A DNA stretch of 64,000 bases from Botryllus schlosseri. Lineage: Eukaryota. The stretch lies in the NCBI GenBank assembly GCA_051294905.1, contig CM119371.1, forward strand, positions 25,112,001 to 25,176,000, written 5' to 3'. Shown here in pieces: positions 11,435 to 23,231 of the stretch; the stretch's first letter is position 1; the number at the start of each line of letters is the position of its first letter. Both the position numbers and the translations under genes were made by a program. A model generated the notes under the pieces. It made no database searches, was not told the origin of the DNA, and saw only the letters and a program-made list of their open reading frames with translations.

Positions 11435-12616
11435 TAGGGCGATTTTTTTTTGACCTAAAAAACGGATGATTTTGACCTAAAAAATCTAAATTTTGACTTT
11501 TTTTGACCTAAAAAAACTGAAATTTGACCAAATTTTGACCTCACGTATGCAAATTAGGTGTTTTCGCACATAATGTTAAAATTGAACTACTTATCTTCAT
11601 TTCTGGATGGAACTGTCTGTCCTTACAAAGTAGATTGGCCTGAAAAAACGTTTTTGGCTCAAAAACTGACAAATTTTTACATGAAAAAACTAATATTTTA
11701 ACGAAATCTGGCCCTATGAAGAATTGCAGTAGTTGCATTATGTATTATGGTGGAATAATTAAAATTTGTTGTAGTACAACGAAAGATACTTTCCTACATT
11801 CTCGGGTGAAAAGTGTTTGTTTTGTTTGTTTGTTTTGTGGTATTCATGGTGTGTGTCAACTACTATGGTCATTTACACAAGGCCGATATTCATCATTATT
11901 TTCCGTAACTGTCAACATATAGCACGGCCCACCTCTAGTCTTTTTTGTAAGACACCGCTTACGCGGATGAGGTGGCGAGGCGGAGCCTAGGTAAACCTCC
12001 AACACTTAGCTATCGGAATTATGAAGTCGACCTCGGTCGGAATCGAACCCACACCCATTGGTGTTGCAGCCGCGGATTATACCACTGCGCTATCTCGGGT
12101 AGAAAGTGTCTGTTCTTACTAAGTAGGCTAGCTTGCCAAGAATGGAGAAAGAACGTTCAACAGCAGCAGTTGTTAGCTGACAAAACTGAAGTTGTGTGCA
12201 CACTGCTTGCTGGTGATGCACCGTGTTGCTTCATTCTGACAATGTTGTCTATATCACAATTTTTCAGCTTGCGCTTCTTGATGTAAGAACCATGCAATGC
12301 CCAAGCAGTCTTGCTTCAGTTAGGATATTGCGGTACGTTGACCATAAAACCATGCCACTATTTGTTTCATTTGATCGTTTATGATTCACAATGAGCAGAC
12401 GATGGGCCGTTTACAACGGTAGGCCTATAAAGTAGGCTACAGGCTGTAAATTATCAAATGATAAGTTCACAGACAGCGCAAAATCTACGATTCAAACGAA
12501 ATGTAGAGGTCAAAAAATGTTTGATTTTGTAAACAATTTTGACAAATTTTGACCTAACGCTACAATTTTGACCTAATTTTGACTTTTTTTGACATGTCAA
12601 AAAAAAAATCGCCCTA
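11435..12616. mobile_element. hAT-type MITE with subterminal ttttgacc repeats, carrying a SINE
   Basis: TIR tagggcgatttttttt / aaaaaaaatcgcccta; perfect 8-bp TSD CTGATCAG (11427-11434, 12617-12624). Partial second copy at ~43454-43920. Confidence 0.9.
11816..12095 (-). mobile_element. tRNA-derived SINE
   Basis: (TTTG)n tail, A/B-box head on the minus strand, flanking direct repeat tctcgggt(g/ag)aaagtgt; same family as the copy at 15962. Confidence 0.85.
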
Positions 12617-12649
12617 CTGATCAGCTGTTCAAGGAGTCTGGCAACGGCG

Positions 12650-15600
12650 ATTCTCGAAAATGTTGGGTATAAATGTCTCATTCTATAGCTTATTGATAAA
12701 AAAACAGCAATGAGCCTGAAATAAGCTCACAGGAAAGTCGTAAGATTTGTCGCAAAGCATTTGAAAGTAGCTAGTAACTACCGATGTGTGGGCGTGCCAG
12801 CGACCATAGAGCGGCAACAAGACTAGTAATCACGAAATCGCGACTCTCGATTGGCTAATTGGCTATGCTTTAATGATCACGACGGTGGTGGCTTGCTGAT
12901 TAGTTGTTAACGGAGTTTGCTAACGGCGGTGATTCTGTAAGCGCATTATAGGTTGGCTGGCAGATAATGATTTAAACTAAATTCAGGACATGTTGAACTA
13001 CTAAATACATGATGATGATGATGAACAAACAACAGCTGCTTAACACAAACTCAAAGCATGACTGTCTTATTGTGAAGGAAACCGCCTTGGCCTACATGTA
13101 TGTTTTGACCGAGGGAAAGCACAGAACGTGCGAAGAAATATTGCAAAGGCGCGTATGCAAATGGCGAACGAACTTCTTGTTTCAGAAGGGATGCATCATC
13201 ATTTAATACAAATAAAAAGCTTACCAATGACAATGATCTTATTAGGTTCCAGTCGTGGTATATAATTGAAGTCCAGAATGCCTTAAGGATTGGCTGAATC
13301 AGCCGTTTATGGTGGGGACTCTTACAGCAAAATGAAATCACTCGTAAGTGATGTTGAAGTCATCAATGATGCAGCACAAGGAGCTGTAGGAGTACAACCA
13401 CAGACTATGCTGGCATGACCATTAAAATACAGTTTGCTTGTATAACTTAGCCTTAGAGAATTGCAGGCATGATAGAGGTGAAACGGCAAATTATTGTGCA
13501 CTAAATATAAATCCAAGAAATACCTAGTTATGGTTGCAATTACGTCTGTGCTCCAACTTTTCTGGGCGTAAGTCAAGTATATTAGTCATCGTGAACTGGT
13601 GCAGCACACCATATGTGAGATGGTTGCCGCAAAAAATCTTATCTGCTCAGAAGATGTTATATGGGCTTACCAGATAGCTTATATAATGGAACCCCGACGA
13701 AATGTAACTATCGCTCCGCTTCAATGGATTTTAAGCTCGTTTTATATCAATGTCTGGTGTGATTCCAGCATTTGTAGTGTTGAAGCCGGTACTGATTCAA
13801 GATTCATTCAAGGTATGCTAAGATATACCAGCAACCTGTATTTTTGCTGCAGCCACACCAGCATAGTCTGTGCTTACCTTTACACCTCTTTCTACGGCAT
13901 CATTGACGACTTTGACAGCATTTTTGAATTCATTTTGCTGTAAGAATTTACTAAGTACCCGGCATAAATGGCTGATTCAGCCAATCCTTATAGCATTAAA
14001 GACTTGAGTTATACAGCAGTGTCATTGTTAAGCTTTGTATTTGTATTCAATTATGACGCATCCCTTCTGAAACAAGAAATTCGTTCGCCACTTGCATGAG
14101 CGCCTTTGCAATATTTCTCCGTGTGTTCTGTGCTTTCACTCGGTCAAAACTGACATGTGGGCTACTGCGGTTTTCTTCACAATAAGACAGTCATGCTTTA
14201 AAGTTCATGTGAAACAGCTGTTGTATGTTCATCATCATCAGAGCCGTAACAGCACTTGGTCAGCCCCCCAAAAAAAACTTTGGTCTTGGGCCCCCTATAG
14301 GGTTATAGGCCGAACTTCTGGGGGGCTTCGCCCCCCAGACCCCCTCCAGTGGTACACTGTTTACATATATTGATCTTATTCATTGGGAATTGGTTTAGTG
14401 AAAGCCTTTGTCGCCTAAGCGCGCGAAGCGCGGAAAATTTCTAGAATTCATGATTGAATCGGTCAGTATGATCGGGAATTGCATATATATTGTTATTAAT
14501 TTTTATCTTCTCTCTGCTCACGTAATCAGATTTGCCGGTAGAGCTGAGTGAGGTGTTTTTGAAAAGGTAGGACCACTCAATAATAATTACACATCTTCGG
14601 GCGTAGACCCGTTGGCAGGAACGAAACAGTACCTCGTCAGGCCCCAAAAAACGTGGGTCTTGGGCTCCAATAGGGTGTAAAACGAACCCCCATCACGCTG
14701 TTCGCGTTTGTCACGAAATCATCTGTACTGTATTGTGAGGCAGCGCGAAGCGCGGACCCGTTGATATGACTTCGTTACGTGATGTTATTTCGTGACGTCC
14801 ATTCTACTATATCAAAAAATGTAGAATCGCCCAAACGTAGGCTTCTAAACTAAGAGACGCCCACGATTTCAAATTGGCATTTCTTCACTGGCATACAATT
14901 TTTCCCAGCGGGATGGTATTTGTCTTGTGAGGTTCAGATTGCAAAGACAGGAACATTTGGTGCCAGTCATTTAGGCGCCTATGGACAATTAAACCTATAT
15001 GTATTTTGTATATATAACGAAGTCTTCGGTCAGCATACGGGCATAGACCTTTTCGGCCAAGGTTTTCTCGCTGCCGATCGTTCTGGCACACTTCTTGGAG
15101 TCGCATGTTATACGGCCTAAAACTTGATTGTATGTCTTGGTGGGTCGTGGCGCGGTAATGGCCCAATACCCAGTAATAAAGAAAAACGGCTACTTGAATT
15201 TGAATTTGAAATTTGAAATTTGAAAAAATTGCGTAAATTTTCAAAAAATACTCTATGATTTATGCTAATTCACGAAATAATTTTGGGCCCCCGTTGAGCT
15301 CGCCCCACCCCCCAATTGGGGGGTTTGGGGTGCGGCAGTTACGGTGCTGATCATCATGTATTTACTAACTCAACATGTCCTTAATTAATCTTAAACCAAC
15401 ATCTGCCAACCAACCTGCAATGCGCTTACAGAATCACCGCCGTTAGCAAACTCCTTTAACAACTAATCAGCAAGTCACCACAGTCGTGATCATTGAAGAT
15501 CAGCCAATCGAGAGTCGCGATTTCGTGATTACTAGTCTTGTTGCCGTTCTATGGTCGCTGACACGACCACTCGTCGGCAGCTACTTTCAAACGCTTTGCG

Positions 15601-15725
15601 ACAAATCTTAACGACATTGCTATGAGATTATTCCAGGCTCATTGCTGTTTTTTTTATCAATAATCTATAGAATGAGACGTTGATACCCAACATTTTTGAG
15701 ATTTTCCAAATTTAGGACAACCCTA
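12650..15725. mobile_element. Foldback non-autonomous element with inverted arms holding hAT-like transposase C-terminal remnants
   Basis: 12650-13410 is a diverged reverse complement of ~13860-14238 plus 15350-15700. Arms encode VEVINDAAQGAV (+, ~13350) and VKVVNDAVERGVKVSTDYA (-, ~13860-13920). Right terminus ggacaacccta. Confidence 0.75.
14239..15349. mobile_element. hAT-type MITE
   Basis: TIR cagagccgtaac / gttacggtgctg; perfect TSD ATCATCAT (14231-14238, 15350-15357); inverted homolog at 21133-22339. Confidence 0.9.
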
Positions 15726-15961
15726 ATATATATATATGTATATTGTACATGTACACTAGGGTTGTCCAAAATTTGGAAAATCTCAAAATGTCTCCGTGAA
15801 TGTGTCTCATTCTATAGATTATTGATAAAAAAAAACAATTAGCCTAAAAGAAGCTTACAGGAAAGCCGTTAAGATTTCAGACAAAGCGTTTGAAAGTAGC
15901 TGCTCAAGAATTGGCGTGCCACTGACCATAGAACGGCGAGAAGACTAGTAATCAAAAGTCG

Positions 15962-17808
15962 TGGCGAGATAGCGCAGTGGTATAATTCGCGGATGCGACA
16001 CCAATGGGTGCGGGTTCGAGTCCGACCGAGGTCGCCTTCCGAATTTCGATACCTAAGTGTTGGAGGTTTACCTAGGCTCCTCCTCGCCACCTCATCCGCG
16101 TCAGCGGTGTCTTCCAAAAGCCTAGAGGTAGGCCGTGCGATAAGTCGGCAGTTGCGGAAAATAAGAAGAATATCGGCCTGGTGTAAATGACCATAGTAGT
16201 CGACACCAGAGTTGGATCAATTACATTATTTCAGTTCAATTACAATTACAATTACAATTACTTTCATGCATGTTTCAATTACATTACAATTACAATTACT
16301 CCTTGCTAAAAATATCAAATTACAATTACAATTACAATTACTCCTTAAATGCTTCAATTACATTACAATTACAATTACAATTGCTGCTGTTGAACATGTA
16401 ATTGAATAATCATAAATTCAACCGTGCTCCTTGACAACCGTAGCGTCGTATTTAACAACAATTCAAGTCTAGTTCAGATTGTGTAGTAATAAATGCGTTT
16501 ATGTGCGTACAGTACATAGTATGCTATGTAAGATGTCACTGTGACGTAATATAAGCGTGTTTTGTATGCTCGGTAATTATGACTCATGTATTTGGAAATG
16601 TAAAATGTTATTTACCTAATTTCCTATGGGTTAGGATTAAGCATAGGGTGCAGTATGTCATTAAAAAAGATTTATAATATATGCACGTGTTGGATTTGCG
16701 TATATAGTATATAATTAAAGAAATAATATTATTTTTATCGAGGGACGTAGGAATTAGGATGAGGAGTAAAAACAAAACCGTGCTTTGTCAGATAAGACGT
16801 TATATAATATCCAGTGGTCTGGTTAGTTAGCCAGACGAAGTAACGATGCAGCATCGTGATCTGAAATCGTATTATAGATTGCCAACCCACGGATAGATGC
16901 GCAAGATGTGAGTCCCGGATGAATGTACCGACAAACGTACTGCAGAGCCGGCTAAAAGCAGCAAACTTCGTAGTCCTAGAACTGGCGATCCATGCGTTCA
17001 AATTTGATGCATCTGGTCTTTATCGTAAGCTATTGATGTACTAATTCCGAAAAAACAAAATAAAATCTCGTCAGGGCAATGTAACTGCTCCAAAATAGCC
17101 GTTTAAGGCCGACTGTTCTGAAAAGTGAGAGCGCTGCAGCAGCATGACCACAACAATTACCAATTACGCCCAGCGATTGTTCAGAACAATGCCGATTCCC
17201 AGACTTTCCCGACTATTTTGGGATGGTACCATTGCCTGGAAATATACTTTTATTGCGGAATCAGTGCGACAGTAGCTTTCGATTAGGACCATACATGTCA
17301 AATTTCGACGCATGGATCGCCAGCTATGGGACCATCAATTCTGCTGCTTTTAGCCGGCTCAGCAGTTCGCTTCTCGGCGTATTCAATCGTGAGTAACGTG
17401 TTGCGAATCCATCCGTTGGTTAGTAATTTAAAAATTGTATACAATGGCAGCCGAGGCCAGCATAGCGGTAAAAATGAAAAAACTTCGCCCGCAAGGGCGC
17501 AGTCAAGGGCTTTTCCGAATGGATCCACCAAATTCCTTGTCGACATTTAAAGAGAATGCATTATAAGTCAATTATTTCATGTTGTGCTTGTCAGGTCTCA
17601 ATAGCAATTTAATGTAATTGAAATTGTAATTGAGCAAAATTTTTGTCAAATTACAATTACAATTACAATTACACAAAATAAAAATGCTTCAATTACAATT
17701 AAATTACAATTACATTGAAAAATGTAATTAATTACATTCAATTACAATTTACAATTGATCCAACTCTGGTCGACACACACCACGAATACCCCAAAAACAA
17801 ACAAACAA
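15962..17808 (+). mobile_element. tRNA-derived SINE interrupted by the MITE at 16207-17768
   Basis: A box TAGCGCAGTGG, B box GGTTCGAGTCC, (CAAA)n tail at ~17795-17808, TSD actagtaatcaaa (15944-15956, 17809-17821). Confidence 0.9.
16207..17768. mobile_element. hAT-type MITE with (TTACAA)n subterminal arrays
   Basis: TIR cagagttggatcaatt / aattgatccaactctg; perfect TSD GTCGACAC (16199-16206, 17769-17776). Confidence 0.92.
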
Positions 17809-20800
17809 ACTAGTAATCAAATAACCATGGCTCTCGGTTGGCTAATCGGCTATGCTTCTATGACCACGGCAGCAGCAGCTTGCTGATTAGGTGTTCAAGA
17901 AGTCTGCTACCGGCGGGGATTCTGAGTGTGAATTGTTAGTGGTTTGGCAGGTGGTGATTTAAGATTAATTCAGGACATGTTGAGGTACGAAATACATGAT
18001 GAACAAACAACACCTGCTTCACAGAAGCTTTTACAGCATGACTGCTTTATTGTGAAGGAAACGGCGTGTCGTGTTTTGATCAATAGAAAGCAAAGGCGCT
18101 TATGCAAGTGTTGAGCGAATTCACCGTTTCAGTACGGATCCACCATCAGTGAATACAAATATATAAAGCTTAACAATGACACTATACTTTGTATGATCTT
18201 ATTGAATCCAAGTTGTAGTATATAGTCGAAGTATTAAAGGTTCTAGGGATCGACTACTGAATCGGCCGGTTATGCTTGGCAGTTATACTTACAGCAAATT
18301 GAATTCACTTATAAGAGTTGTCAAAGTCCTTAATGATGCTGCAGAAAAGAGGTGTAAGGTAAGCACAGGCTATGCTGAATATGATATCCATACTATGCTG
18401 GATACTATATGCAACATAGTCTGTGCTTTTCTTTACAGCTCTTTTCTGCGGGGTCAATAGAACTTTGACATACCACATCCAGCATAGCCTGTTCGAGTGT
18501 GCGTACATGAACATCTCTTTTCTGCGTTATTATTAAGGGCTTTAACAACGCCGACAAGTGATATCAATTTGTTGTAAGCATATGATAAGTGCCAAGCATA
18601 ACCGGCTGATTCCGCCGATCCCTAGAGCATTCAAAACGTCACCTATATATAGCTTCAGCCCAATAAGATCACACAAAGTATAGTGTCATTGTTAAGCTTT
18701 ATATATTTGTATTCAAGTACACATCTTATAGTTTACAGTTTTCGGTACTTTTATAAGCCATTTTTAAAGAGGGTATCACGTACCCTTTCTCGGAAAATAT
18801 TACTTGTGCTCCAACTTATGGAGCTAGAGCTATTTAAAAAAGTCACGGGTCGGGCATACCGTGCGTTGACATATGATCGAGTTTGGTAATCATCAATCGA
18901 TTTCGTTCCGGTGGTAACTTGTGTGCGTGAATCACATAATTCCTAGCACAGTGAACCGAACGTTTACTGAGCATGTCGACATCATTCAGCATGTTGTTTA
19001 ATGATTGCCTGACGCACAAGCAGTTCCCCAATTATGCATTCAATCACGTATTATCAAGATGTATACTCATTTGGTTTTATTTCATATCTTGAAGATTACT
19101 TGAAATCTTGAAAATTTACGTGAGTATGGTCAAAGGTCACGCAAGGTTGGACTCCAGCAATTGAATCACTGAATCGAGTTAACATAAGCGTATTATAAAA
19201 GACATTGATGTATACTGCATAGTTATCAATAAATAATGAAATTGATAGTTTATCGCGGTAGCGCAGCTAATGATATACGAACAGGCAATGGTGCATGCAG
19301 GACTAATATATTTGTATTGTGGATTATTACTAGGAATATTGTCATAGTTTGTAATGGATCAAAGAAAATTTCGTTGAGAAATAGTTCCAAAAATATGATC
19401 AGGAAACCACAGAATTCTAAGAACAGAGAAGAAAAGAGTTTGAATTCACTAATACGTGATATTGGATCTGTGCATCTGCCTTGCTAATCTTTACTAAATC
19501 TTTACGAAACTATAATAGATTGACACGTCATTGCGAAGTTGTTTGGAGCAGTTTTTACGCGTTAAAGTTTGTGAGGTACAAGCGTCATATACTTGTCACA
19601 AACTAACACTTGACGGAACTGCTTTGCATAGCTTTGATATCAATTTCCAACACCGTTTTTACTGGGAGGCTTTTCATGGTATCGCCACACAACAATATTC
19701 ATTCTGTTTTAGCCTACAATTCGCCGTGACTAACAAATTCGCATTTGCGATTTTTTTGTGGTGCGACTCTTTGAACACCGAGTTTTGTGATAGGCCTATA
19801 CGGTTCGAGCACGCAACTGGTCTAGTCATCGATGTTATATCAAAACGGCGATTCCATAACGATCTATGCGAGGTGTCTTGCTTTAATTGTAAACTATTGT
19901 AGTGAAATATTCCTTTGATAAAGCGGGTGGAAATGAGCAAATTTCTGAAGTTAATCATGATTGTCTCACGGATCACTACTTTCAGAGGTGGGCAATTATT
20001 CTTCCAGACGGGACAAATGAGAAGAAAAAATAGCTTGGCGGGCAAAGCCAAACGTTTAAACCAGTGGTTCTCAACCTGGGGCCCGCGGACCCCTGTAGGT
20101 CCGCGAAGCATTTTCAGAGGGTCCGCGAAGATTCTATACTTGCAAAATGATTGATTATTACTGCTACAGCTACATGACTCACATCAGCAGAGTGGCCGTC
20201 TTAGATGAAATATCCTACTGTGCAAACTCATTTTAATTGCCAAATTGCCAACAGCCTACTGATAAAACATATTGCCGTTTAGAGATGTTTTGTTGGGGTG
20301 TGTGAAAAAAATGATAGAGTTGGAATATTAATGTCAATCAGTGTGACTTCAAATGTTTGCATGAATCCATTCTTCCGGTGACATACATAACTACTATCCC
20401 AGAACGACTTCAAGATGATTTGCTAGATATAAACGACTGGGATGAACGTTATATGTTCAATGAAAAATCCGGGTTTCAATTTCGGTGGTGTTTATGCTGC
20501 GGACATACTCGAAGGGGTCGTCGGTGCACGTTATTATACCATTCGTCACCACCTATTTTTGTAGACATAAATGTTTACCACTCATTCATATCAAATAGAA
20601 GGGGTGGATTTTCAAGATACGACCACGTATTTCAAGAAATGCAGCTGCGGAATTCGCTACCGTCCACCAAATTCCCGCATAATTAGTGTGATGTTAATAT
20701 GTTGCTATTTGGCTCTAGCCTGCAATCACTTTCGCAAACACAGATGACGGTTGTACGATAATTGAGATTATTTTTGGTATTCATGGTGTTTGTCGACTAC

Positions 20801-20861
20801 TGCTGTCATACTCACCAGGCCAAATTTCTTCATTACTGTTCCGTTGCTGCCGTCTTATAGC

Positions 20862-23231
20862 CAGGGCATGGTATGGTATGGTATGGAACGAGGATTTTCC
20901 ATACTCCATACTTGCCTTACTCTCTCCATACCATACTTGCAATATTCCATACCATACCAACATTGTTCCATACCATACTTGATACATATTCCATACTTTC
21001 AAATACTTCGATATCATAAGTATAGTACCTTTTCTAGCACCTGTATTATTGATATTTCGGATCAAATTATTGCTTAAACTAGCCATGATGCGAGTCTCTC
21101 TGTTTTTGTGAGGTTTAGTTCATGGTGATGAGCAGGGCCGTAACTGTCGCACCCGAACCCCTCCCCCCTCCCATTTAGGGAGGCGAGCTCAAAGGGGGCC
21201 TAAAATTATTTCGTGAATGAGCATAAATTACGCGATTTCAAGTTGCCAAGTATTTTGATTTTGGGGTACTCTTCCCCCAAGAAAAAATACGCAAGATTTA
21301 TAGAAATAGGCATATCGGCGTTGGCCACTACCGAGCCACGATGCCCCAAGACATATAAAGTTTTAGGCCGTGTAACAACTGTAACATGCGACTCCAAGAA
21401 GTGTGCCAAAACGATCGACAGCGAGAAAACCTTGGCCGAAAAGGACTGCCCTTAGGCTGATCGAAAACTTCGTTATATACAAAATACACGCCGAATGTTC
21501 CTGTCTTGGCAATCTGAACCTCACAAGACAAATACCATCCCGCAGGGAAAAATTATATGCCAGTGAAGAAATACCAATTTGAAATCGTATGCGTCTTTTA
21601 GCTTAGTAGCCTACGTTTGGGCAATTCTATCTTTTTGATATAGCAGACAGGAGGTCACGAAATAACATCATGTTACGGAGTTATACCAACGGGCCCTACA
21701 GTTTCCATAACACCTCACTCAGCTCTATCGGTAAATCTGATTATACGTGAGCAGAAAGGACAAGAAATTGATAGCAATATATATGCAATTCCCGATCTTA
21801 TTGACCGATTTTATCATGAATTTTTGGCAATTTTCGCGCTTTGCTTTGCCCGGCTAGTTACGTGGCAAAAGCGAATAACGTGATTGGGGGTAGGTTTATC
21901 ACTCTATGGGAGCCCAAGACCCAAGTTTTTTTGGGGGGCCTTACGAAGTGCTGTTTCGTTCCTGCCAACGGGTATGCGGCCGATGATGTTTAATTATTAT
22001 TGAGAGGTCCTACCTTTTCAAACACACCTCCCTCAGCTCTACCTGTAAATCTGATTACGTGAGCAGAGAGAGGATAAAAATTTATATCAATATGTATGCA
22101 ATTCTCAATCATATTGACCGATTCAATCATGAATTATAGAAATTTTTCGCGCTTGGCGCGTGCAGGCTGGGGAAGCTGACGCAGCTAACGGCCCCAATGT
22201 AGATAAGTAGCGATAAACAGTGTATAACCTAAGAGGGTCTTGGGGGTGAGGCCCCCCATAAGCTCGGTTTATCATCATATGGGGGCCCAAGACCAACGTT
22301 TCATGGGGGGGGGGCTGACGAAGTGCTGTTACGGCCCCGGTGGCGAGGTGTCGTGTGCGTCTACTCTACAGCTTCCGCGAGCCAAATGAACTGGCCAGCG
22401 GATTGTTATCTAGCTAGGACCGTCCACAAGAATATCATCGCATTTTCGATACATTGGCATGAGGCACATGCAAGTTTGAAGTAAATATTCGCAAAATAAT
22501 TTATGATATAGGCGCACCCATAAAATATTATAGCTGCAGGCGATCAATACTGCAGCGATCTGCGTGATTTTTAGTACAGTATTTGGTTGGGGTTAGCGTG
22601 GCGATAATTTCAAACTATATCTACCCCACTCCCTGATCTATAATCCTAATGCGAGAGCGTTTGAAATACGACTAATAAGATATCTTGGTATGTAAATAGC
22701 GTAAATGTGGCGGACAATGTTTCAGAAGAAATGAAATTATCAATCACATAGAGCTATTAGTACATTGCAGCATGATTGCTCGTAAGCTGTCGTCACTCAA
22801 GGAATGAGGTAGTTGGATTAGCCTACATTACCAATTATTGCGCAACATGATAGACTATGCTCAGAGACGTCGTGTATTGATTCGATAGAATATGGGATCA
22901 ACATTAATGTTGTTATTATTACATCACAAAATAATGTCATTCCAAGTACTCTTAAATCCGTTGCACAAGCGTGTATTTGTTCCTGTACACAGCGTTCAAT
23001 AGTTCACACATAAGCGATTGTATTTCGTGAACAGCGAACAGCGTACGCTTCATGAAGCTCGCACAGATCACGATAAAATGTATAAAACACCAAAGTATGG
23101 AAATGTCGTTCCATACCATAGATTAAAATCTTCCATTCCATACCATACTTGCATTGTTCCATATTCCATACCAAAATATCGATCCATACCATACCATACT
23201 TCCATACCATGCCAAACCATACCATGCGCTG
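20862..23231. mobile_element. hAT-type MITE with (ATGGT)n / (CCATA)n subterminal repeats
   Basis: TIR cagggcatggtatgg / ccataccatgcgctg; perfect TSD CTTATAGC (20854-20861, 23232-23239). Confidence 0.9.
21133..22339. mobile_element. hAT-type MITE (family of 14239-15349)
   Basis: TIR cagggccgtaac / gttacggccccg; degenerate TSD GTGATGAG/GTGGCGAG. Confidence 0.85.

Larger units (their letters stand above)
15757..18700. mobile_element. Second foldback element of the same family (right end truncated), interrupted by a SINE and a MITE
   Basis: Starts tagggttgtccaaaatttgg. Arm continues 17822-18400 with VKVLNDAAEKRCKVSTGYA (ORF 18272-18460); inverted copy at ~18510-18715. Confidence 0.7.

Noticed and set aside
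15963..16038. Functional tRNA gene
   Set aside because: A and B boxes are present but stems pair poorly. It continues into a repeated body with a (CAAA)n tail and TSD, so it is a SINE head.
16212..16409. ITITIT / LQLQL ORF, or telomere-like repeat
   Set aside because: Translation of (TTACAA)n subterminal repeats of the MITE at 16207-17768.
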